From positions 62,001 to 126,000 of the forward strand of contig BROI01000015.1 of assembly GCA_027923505.1 (NCBI GenBank): a DNA stretch of 64,000 nt. Reading direction: 5' to 3'. The notes beneath the pieces are model-generated. The model had not been told where the DNA came from and did no database searches. It saw only the letters and a program-made list of their open reading frames with translations. Positions 45,881 to 56,200 of the stretch are shown here, piece by piece. The translations under genes were made by a program, and so were the position numbers. Numbering within the stretch: the first letter of the stretch is position 1; every line of letters starts with the position of its first letter. This DNA comes from Mayamaea pseudoterrestris (taxonomy: Eukaryota).

Positions 45881-48266
45881 CAAACTCGCCAGTGCAGCCG
45901 GCTGCTTCATCGCGGCGAGACGAGTTGACGCCCATGTGTCCGACAGCAATAAATACCAAACATAAAACAACATTTACAAGTCTGCGCGACTGCCTCCATG
46001 ACTCCGAACGCTACAAATACTGGCCGACTTTGTTAGCCGGCGTGTGGCAATATCTAAACCCGCATGAAGTCATCCAACTTCGGAAAGTACATCCATTCCA
46101 TAATCACCCTCTATATGGCTCGACTTTTCTTCCGCCACTCGACTCACAAGTCTACAAATGATGTGGTGGGAAAGCAATATTATCAGCACTACACATGTAC
46201 GTGCCTCGCCGCACCTCATCCTGCACCTCGCATGGGGCCACTTATCCGCACGGGAACGACTTGACGTTGCGACAGCGCTCGGAGACACCACTCACCAATA
46301 CGCCACGCTTCGCCAACGCGCCATCACACAACAATTTTACCATCTGCAGTCGCCAAGGTTCTATCCAAAACAAGATAGCACTCCAATTTGCCCAACACGA
46401 GTCGAGGACATGGGCGCAGCTCTCTTGCGTTGTAACTTCCTATATGGCGATTTGCTGCGGTGGCTCGGCGGCGAATACACCCACCAATACCAAGATCGCT
46501 CGGAGCTGAAGGCAACCATTGACAGCCTGCGAACAGTTACTATTCCACCACGATACCCTCCAGTCGACTTTGATACAGCCTTACACATCCTCTCGGAAGG
46601 CGTGCCAATGAAAAGCGTTTTCGAGTGTCCTTTCGCCGACGTAGCAAGGCGCGAGCACGAGAACAATCGGGGCCTGGAGGAGGATTGGGACAACATTATG
46701 GAAAAGTACAGAAAGGAGGAAAAGCTGTCGTACCACATCATGTTTCCACGCTTTCTCTGGGCATACGTTCCAGGCTTGTTTCTGGCGCTTATATCATACA
46801 TCCCTCCAAAGCCTGGTCGACTCGGCGACGAAGGCCGTCTCATAAACGATCCTTCCACCCCACTTCATCCCGACGACAAAGGCAATGTCAACAAGCAGAT
46901 TCCAAAATGGTTCATGCCAGAGCATGATCCACGACAGAACCCAAAAGTACACTACGGCAGCGTGCTCAATCGGCTCGTGCAACTGTTGTGGAACTTGCGC
47001 CTCGACCATCCCAAAGAAGAGATATACATCGCGGCTGATGACATCTCGGCAGTTCGGTGGTACACTACCATCCGGATATTGCCTTGGCATTACCTTGGCC
47101 TTGATTGGGATTCACGCACAATGGAGGTCAGTCTACCAATACTCAAACAGCAGAAGCTCGCTCACATGCTGGACCAAATCCATGACGACTGGACAGCACG
47201 ATCCAAGCCTCGGTCAGTGATTGTTTCAGCACAAGATAAAACAACTATCCTGGGACTCATCCGCCATGGTGGATCCATCGCAGACCTGGCCGATTACCTG
47301 TCCATTCGTCTCCAACAATCATTGACCGACCAGGCGCGCAAAGCCGATGCCAAGCTCAAACATTCCCTACGCCATGCCACAAAGCCGGAGCAGTATGCCG
47401 CGCTTCGAAAGTGGTGGAAAACTTCACGGCTTGCCCTCTCCGAGGGCGCTTTCGCCGACTTACAGATTCTGCGTGGCACCCTCGACAACCCCGAGTGGGC
47501 GCATATTTGGCGCAAACCAATTGGCCTCATGGTTGAACGCGAGCCTACAAACACAGTGAAAGGGGATGCCAGCACCAAAGGCCTTGGAGGTTTTAACGAA
47601 GGCCTTCTGTTCATGTGGCGTCTGAGCGACAAAGACCTGTCGAGCTGCGGCTTTAAAACGCGCAACGTCCAGGCGCGGCCAACGCGTGGTCCCATAACCG
47701 ACGATGATTATCATATAAACGTTCTTGAGTTTGTGGCCATCATTATCAATGTCATCCTCACAATTGGAGTCTACAAAAGCTGCCCAATCCGATGCCATGA
47801 GCTACACATACTCAATGTATTGGGAGACAACACCTCCGCCCTCTCCTGGATGCGCCACGCGGCTCGCTGTACCAAACCACACGTCCGCCGCCTGGCACGA
47901 TTCTTTCATGCCATTGCCACTTACAGTACATTATCTCTCCGCATCCAGGCAAACCACATTCCAGGCAAGGACAATGTGGAGGCCGACAGACTGTCTCGCT
48001 TCACGCCGTCGACTCTCTCTTGGGCATCCGTTATCTCGCCGGAAACGCAGGTGTTAGCCAATTGCAAGGTCTTCCTGGTCGAGTCCAAGCTGCTTACAGT
48101 TATCTCGTCAGTGATCAACAACACCGCCAACGAGGAGACATTCGGTCCCACAACGATCGCACGTTTGACCAGCGCGCCTCGCATTTTGGAAAATGGAGTC
48201 TTAAAGCAGGATTCAACGACCAGTCTTTCGCGTCAATCGCACCGGGGCAAGAAATCCCGGTCCTAG
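45877..48266 (+). pseudogene. RT/RNase H, disrupted (stop/frameshift at ~46160; ~440-bp deletion at ~47088 removing the FG and FVDD motifs)
   Basis: Direct comparison with 34488-37292: the segment equivalent to ~35666-36108 is absent. Confidence 0.82.
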
Positions 48267-49290
48267 CCAGCTATCTATATGCTGTCTCCTCTGGCGAGAC
48301 ATCCTTGGCAGTGGACAAACGGGCGCTGCGCCGACAGAGCACTGATGAACCACAGCCCCTCAAGGTGAAGACGCTCAGTGGATACCTCAGAGCGGCGCAT
48401 GCACTACTTGAAACTGCACTCAATCGGCGCTTCTCCATCAATGACCCTCGTGGCAGTGGCCTTCATCCCGTTTTAGATGATATCTTGTCCAGTCGCCGCA
48501 AATGGCAACAGGCGCGGGAAAAGCGCGAGCCATACACCCACAGTATGTTTGGTCCTTCACTCTCCAAACTCAAGCGCCTCATCCACACAGGCGTCATGCG
48601 CGCTTGATGTGGGCAGCAGTCTTTGACTGACTTGCCTCGGGGCCTTAACGGTTCCAGGGCAACACGAGTACGCACAGACTACAGCGAAACGTTTGCTTCA
48701 GCAAGGTACCGCCAACCCAAGATGCGGGCGAATGGGCCACCGACCACTTGCTTTCTTGTTACTTTCTACTCTAAACCACCTCATTAGCCATAGCGCACTC
48801 CTGAAAGATGGCAGCCAGGCATACAGTTGCGCCTACCGTAGCGAGCCGAAAACGAATTCACTATTCGTCGGTATGTCGCGGGCCGCCCCATCCTTTCATT
48901 TGCCCTATTGCCGCGAGTCTTTCCATCCTCTCCCGCGCCCAACAACTACACAAGAAAGCAATACGTGAGCCGCTTGGGGTCTTTCGCAAAGATGCCACTG
49001 GCGCTTACGAGTACTTGCAGTCGCGCGATATCATTAAAGTCATGCGGCAAGTGGTTGTTGGAGCATACCCTGACCCGAAACACTTCCTGCGCCAGAATAT
49101 CAACAGCATTGTAGCTCATTCAAATCGAGTCACAGCTGCAGTTGCCTTGCAAAATGCGGGCCTCTCCATTGAGGAGATTGCCTTTCGATTACGCTGGTCT
49201 CCGCCGTCGGTACAACACTACCTACGGGAAAGTACCCACGAGGTTGGACGCCTGACCTTAAAGGCCATTGAAGGCGCCATTTTATTATAA
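48020..49290 (+). pseudogene. Tyrosine recombinase, frameshifted at ~48550-48890
   Basis: N- and C-terminal parts match the copy 1 YR; the middle carries many small indels (possibly sequencing noise). Confidence 0.75.
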
Positions 49291-49548
49291 GACATTTCAG
49301 TTATAGAATTACGGGTCATAGCTAAAGATTTGCATCCGGATCTTTCGCGCGCACGTGTGCGCGACGGGTTTGTGCGCTCCTCGCCTTTAGCTACTCCCCC
49401 ATCACGTGGGGAGCGGGTAGGATCTCAGCCACTGGGTTTCCTTCTCTTCTCGTTCTTCTTTCTTTCTTCTTTGTTTCTTTCGCGGTTCTCGCCACACGGC
49501 CTTTGTTGTTGTGTGGCGGGACGTCCATCCAGCTAGCTGGTGTCGTGT

Positions 49549-50214
49549 GGGTTGAGGCGACTCCTGTCAAGACAGGACTCGCTGCCAGTCATCATCGATG
49601 ACGTGGTTTCTTGCTCAGGCACCCGGAGTTTCCGGGTGATTTCGCATACGCAACCACATGGACATCGCTGCCTCCTGAGGGGCAGCTGCACTGGATACAG
49701 CCATGCACCGCGGAAAGAAACAGCCGGGGAGGATCAGCACCCGTGCTGATTGTTCGGCTCAGGGCGGATGTTTAGAGGAGACTGCCTTGGGGACACTCAT
49801 AAGATACCTTATGAGTACACTCTGAGTGATACACACATCATCGATGGTTCGGGACACGTCAGATGCGACATCAATGGAGGACGGACAACCACAGACCAAG
49901 TTGCCGATCCCCAGCCGATGCCTCTCATTCCTCTTGCTTGCTTGCTTGCCAACCCTGTTGTCTAGCCAGCTTGTTTGTTTGTTTGTCCCACCCACCCACC
50001 CGGGTTGAGGCGACTCCTGTCAAGACAGGACTCGCTGCCAGTCATCATCGATGACGTGGTTTCTTGCTCAGGCACCCGGAGTTTCCGGGTGATTTCGCAT
50101 ACGCAACCACATGGACATCGCTGCCTCCTGAGGGGCAGCTGCACTGGATACAGCCATGCACCGCGGAAAGAAACAGCTGGGCGACGGAGGGCAATCAGCA
50201 CCCGTGCTGATTGC
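49549..50214 (+). repeat. 3' split direct repeats B1-A2-spacer-B2 of YR element copy 2
   Basis: Reverse complement of 32503-33175. Confidence 0.92.
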
Positions 50215-53200
50215 GATGTTGGCACCATTCTGGTGTATTTTGGGCACCTACAGGGCTTGCTGTAGGGGGGTTAGAATGCCACGGCATCTGCGGGCTGAGA
50301 CTGGTGACAAGTTGTCACCAAATGCATTGCCATCACCTGAGACACCAGCCGGGCTTACCATCTTGTAGCGCAGCCTTAAAAATGATGTTGGCACCATTCT
50401 GGTCTATTTTGGGCACCTACAGCGCTTGCTGTAGGGGCATTTGAATGTCACGGCATCTGCGGGCTGAGACTGGTGACAAGTTGTCACCAAATACATTGCC
50501 AACCCCTGAGACACCAGCCAGGCATACGATCTTGTAGCGCAGCCTGAATAATGATGTTGGCACCATTCTGGTGTAATGTGGGCACCTACAGGGCTTGCTG
50601 TAGGGGCATTTGAATGGCACGACATCTGCGGGCTGAGACTGGTGACAAGTTGTCACCAAATACATTGCCATCCCCTGAGACACCAGCCAGGGATACCATC
50701 TTGTAGCGCAGCCATTTAAAAAGATGTTGGCACCATTCTAGTGTAATTTGGGCACCTACAGGGCCTGCTGTTGGGGGATTTGAAGGTTACGCCATTTGCG
50801 GGCTGAGACTGGTGACAAGTTGTCACCAAATACATTGCCAACCCCTGAGACAACAGCCAAGCCTACCATCTTGTAGCGCAGCCTGAATGATGATGTTGGC
50901 ACCATTCTGGTGTATTTTGGGCACCTACAGGGCTTGCTGTAGGGGCGTTTGAATGTCATGACTTCTGCGGGCTGAGACTGGTGACAAATTGTCACCAAAT
51001 ACATTGCCAACCCCTGAGACACCAGCCAGGCATACCATCTTGTAGCTCACACTTAAAAAAAGATGTTGGCACCATTCTGGTGTAATTTAAGCACCTACAG
51101 GGCTTGCTGTTGGGGGCTCAGAATGTCACAACATCTGCGGGCTGAGACTGGTGACAAGTTGTCATCAAATACATTGCCAACCCCTGAGACACCAGCCAGG
51201 CATACCATCTTGTTGCGCAGCCTAAAACATGATATTGGCACCATTCTGGTGTAATTTGGGCACCTACAGGGCTTGCTGTTGGGGGATTTGAATGTCACAA
51301 CATCTGTGGGCTGAGACTGGTGACAAGTTGTCACCAAATACATTGCCAGCCCCTGAGACACCAGCCAGGCATACCATCTTTTAGCGCAGCCTGAATAAAG
51401 ATGTAGGCACCATTCTGGTGTAATTTGGGCACCTACAGGGCTTGCTGTAGGGGAGTTTGGGTGTCACGGCATCTGCAGGTTGAGACTGGTGACAAGTTGT
51501 CACCAAATACATTGTCAGTCCCTGAGACACCAACCAAGCCTACCATCTTGTAGCGCAGCCGGAATAATGATGTTGGAACCATTCTGGTGTATTTTGGGCA
51601 CCTACAGGGCTTGCTGTAGGGGCGTTTGCATGTCACGACATCGCGGGCTGAGACTAGTGACAAGTTGTCACCAAATACATTGCCATCACTTGAGACACCA
51701 GCCAGGCATACCATCTTGTAGCGCAGCCTAAGTAATGATGTTGCCACCATTTCTGGTGTGATTTGGGTATATACATGGCCTACTGTAGATGCGTTTGAAC
51801 GTCACGGCATCCGCAGGCTGAGATTGGTGACAAGTTGTCACCAAATACATTGCCATCCCCTGAGACACCAGCCAGGCTTACCATCTTGTAGCACAGCCGG
51901 AATAATGATGTTGGAACCATTCTGGTGTAATTTGGGCACCTACAGGGCTTGCTGTAGGGGCGTTTGCATGTCACGACATCTGCAGGCTGAGACTGGTGAC
52001 AAGTTGTCACCAAATACAATTTATTACCTGAGACACCAGCCAGGCATACCATCGTGTAACGCAGCCTAAATAATGATGTTGCCACCATTTCTGGTGTGAT
52101 TTGGGTATATACATGGCCTACTGTAGGTGTGTTTGAACGTCACAACATCTGCGGGCTGAGACTGGTGACAAGTTGTCACCAAATACAATTTATTACCTGA
52201 GACACCAGCCAGGCATACCATCGTGTAACGCAGCCTAAATAATGATGTTGCCACCATTTCTGGTGTGATTTGGGTATATACATGGCCTACTGTAGGTGTG
52301 TTTGAACGTCACAACATCTGCGGGCTGAGACTGGTGACAAGTTGTCACCAAATACATTGCCAACCCCTGAGACACCAGCCAGGCATACCATACCATCTTG
52401 TAGCGCAGCCTGAACAATGATGTTGGCACCATTCTGGTGTAATTTGGGCACCGACAGGGCTTGCTATAGGGGGGTTTGAATGTCACAGCATCTGCGGGCT
52501 GAGACTGGTGACAAGTTGTCACCAAATACATTGTCATCCCCTGAGACACCAGCCAAGCCTACCATCTTGTAGCGCAGCCTGAATAATGATGTTGGCGCCA
52601 TTCTGGTGTATTTTGGGCACCTACAGGGCTTGCTGTAGGGGCATTTGAATGTCACAACATCTGCGGGCTGAGACTGGTGACAAGTTGTCACCAAATACAT
52701 TGCCAATTCCTGAGACACCAGCCAGGCATACCATACCATCTTGTAGCGCAGCCTGAACAATGATGTTGGCACCATTCTGGTGTAATTTGGGCACTGACAG
52801 GGCTTGCTGTAGGGGGGTTTGGATGTCACGGCATCTGCAGGCTGAGACTGGTGACAAGTTGTCACCAAATACATTGTCATCCCCTGAGACACCAGCCAAG
52901 CCTACTATCTTGTAGCGCAGCCTGAATAATGATGTTGGCGCCATTCTGGTGTATTTTGGGCACCTACAGGGCTTGCTGTAGGGGCATTTGAATGTCACAA
53001 CATCTGCAGGCTGAGACTGGTGACAAGTTGTCACCAAATACATTGCCAGCCCCTGAGACACCAGCAAAGCCTACCATCTTGTAGCGCAGCCTGAACAATG
53101 ATGTTGGCACCATTCTGGTGTATTTTGGGCACCTACAGGGCTTGCTGTAGGGGTGTTTGAATGTCACGTCAATTTTGGGATGAGACTGGTGACAAGTTGT

Positions 53201-56200
53201 CACCAAATACATTGCCATCCCCTGAGACACCAGCCAGGCATACCATCTTGTAGCGCAGCCTGAACAATGATGTTGGCACCATTCTGGTGTAATTTGGGCA
53301 CTGACAGGGCTTGCTGTAGGGGGGTTTGAATGTCACGGCATCTGCGGGCTGAGACTGGTGACAAGTTGTCACCAAATACATTGCCATCCCCTGAGACACC
53401 AGCCAAGCCTACCATCTTGTAGCGCAGCCTGAACAATGATGTTGGCACCATTCTGGTGTAATTTGGGCACCGACAGGGCTTGCTATAGGGGGGTTTGAAT
53501 GTCACAGCATCTGCGGGCTGAGACTGGTGACAAGTTGTCACCAAATACATTGCCATCCCCTGAGACACCAGCCAAGCCTACCATCTTGTAGCGCAGCCTG
53601 AATAATGATGTTGGCGCCATTCTGGTGTATTTTGGGCACCTACAGGGCTTGCTGTAGGGGCGTTTGAATGTCACGGCATCTGCAGGCTGAGACTGGTGAC
53701 AAGTTGTCACCAAATACATTGCCAATTCCTGAGACACCAGCCAGGCATACCATACCATCTTGTAGCGCAGCCTGAATAATGATGTTGGCACCATTCTGGT
53801 GTAATTTGGGCACCTACAGGGCTTGCTGTAGGGGCGTTTGAATGTCACGGCATCTGCGGGCTGAGACTGGTGACAAGTTGTCACCAAATACATTGCCATC
53901 CCCTGAGACACCAGCCAAGCCTACTATCTTGTAGCGCAGCCTGAATAATGATGTTGGCGCCATTCTGGTGTATTTTGGGCACCTACAGGGCTTGCTGTAG
54001 GGGCATTTGAATGTCACAACATCTGCAGGCTGAGACTGGTGACAAGTTGTCACCAAATACATTGCCAGCCCCTGAGACACCAGCAAAGCCTACCATCTTG
54101 TAGCGCAGCCTGAACAATGATGTTGGCACCATTCTGGTGTATTTTGGGCACCTACAGGGCTTGCTGTAGGGGTGTTTGAATGTCACGTCAATTGTGGGCT
54201 GAGACTGGTGACAAGTTGTCACCAAATACATTGCCATCCCCTGAGACACCAGCCAGGCATACCATCTTGTAGCGCAGCCTGAACAATGATGTTGGCACCA
54301 TTCTGGTGTAATTTGGGCACCTACAGGGCTTGCTGTAGGGGGGTTTGAATGTCACGGCATCTGCAGGCTGAGACTGGTGACAAGTTGTCACCAAATACAT
54401 TGCCATCCCCTGAGACACCAGCCAAGCCTACCATCTTGTAGCGCAGCCTGAACAATGATGTTGGCACCATTCTGGTGTAATTTGGGCACCTACAGGGCTT
54501 GCTGTAGGGGGGTTTGAATGTCACGGCATCTGCGGGCTGAGACTGGTGACAAGTTGTCACCAAATACATTGTCATCCCCTGAGACACCAGCCAAGCCTAC
54601 CATCTTGTAGCGCAGCCTGAATAATGATGTTGGCACCATTCTGGTGTATTTTGGGCACCTACAGGGCTTGCTGTAGGGGCGTTTGAATGTCACGACATCT
54701 GCGGGCTGAGACTGGTGACAAGTTGTCACCAAATTCATTGCCAACCCCTGAGACACCAGCCAGGCATACCATCGTGTACCGCAGCCTGAATAATGATGTT
54801 GGCACCATTCTGGTGTATTTTGGGCACCTACAGGGCTTGCTGTAGGGGGGTTTGGATGTCACGGCATCTGCAGGCTGAGACTGGTGACAAGTTGTCACCA
54901 AATACATTGTCATCCCCTGAGACACCAGCCAAGCCTACTATCTTGAAGCGCAGCCTGAATAATGATGTTGGCGCCATTCTGGTGTATTTTGGGCACCTAC
55001 AGGGCTTGCTGTAGGGGCATTTGAATGTCACAACATCTGCGGGCTGAGACTGGTGACAAGTTGTCACCAAATACATTGCCAATTCCTGAGACACCAGCCA
55101 GGCATACCATACCATCTTGTAGCGCAGCCTGAACAATGATGTTGGCACCATTCTGGTGTATTTTGGGCACCTACAGGGCTTGCTGTAGGGGTGTTTGAAT
55201 GTCACGTCAATTGTGGGCTGAGACTGGTGACAAGTTGTCACCAAATACGTTGCCATCCCCTGAGACACCAGCCAGGCATACCATCTTGTAGCGCAGCCTG
55301 AAACAATGATGTTGGCACCATTCTGGTGTAATTTGGGCACTGACAGGGCTTGCTGTAGGGGGGTTTGAATGTCACGGCATCTGCAGGCTGAGACTGGTGA
55401 CAAGTTGTCACCAAATGCATTGCCATCCCCTGAGACACCAGCCAAGCCTACCATCTTGTAGCGCAGCCTGAATAATGATGTTGGCACCATTCTGGTGTAT
55501 TTTGGTCACTTACAGGGCTTGCTGTAGGGGGGTTAGAATGCCACGGCATCTGCGGGCTGAGACTGGTGACAAGTTGTCACCAAATGCATTGCCATCCCCT
55601 GAGACACCAGCCAGGCATACCATCTTGTAGCGCAGCCTGAACAATGATGTTGGCACCATTCTGGTGTATTTTGGGCACCTACAGGGCTTGCTGTAGGGGT
55701 GTTTGAATGTCACGTCAACTGCGGGCTGAGACTGGTGACAAGTTGTCATCAAATGCATTGCCAACCCCTGAGACACCAGCCAGGCATACCATCTTGTTGC
55801 GCAGCCTAAAACATGATGTTGGCACCATTTTGGTGTATTTTGGGCACCTACAGGGCTTGCTGTAGGGGCGTTTAAATGTCACGACATTTGCGGGCTAACA
55901 CTGGTGACAAGTTGTCACCAAATACATTGCCAACCCCTGAGACACCAGCCAGGCATACCATCATGTAGCGCAGCCTGAATAATGATGTTAACACCTTTCT
56001 GGTGTATTTTGGACACCTACAGGGCTTGCTGTAGGGGCGTTTGAATGTCACGTCAACTGCGGGCTGAGACTGGTGACAAGTTGTCACCAAATACATTGCC
56101 ATCCCCTGAGACACCAGCCAGGCATACTATCTTGTAGCGCAGCCTGAATAATGATGTTGGCGCCATTCTGGTGTATTTTGGGCACCTACAGGGCTTGCTG

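Larger units (their letters stand above)
42146..50214 (+). mobile_element. Ngaro-like YR retrotransposon, copy 2 (degraded), inverted relative to copy 1
   Basis: A1 42146-~42379, B1 49549-49752, A2 49753-49986, B2 50002-50213; ORFs nearly identical to copy 1 but interrupted. Confidence 0.93.
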
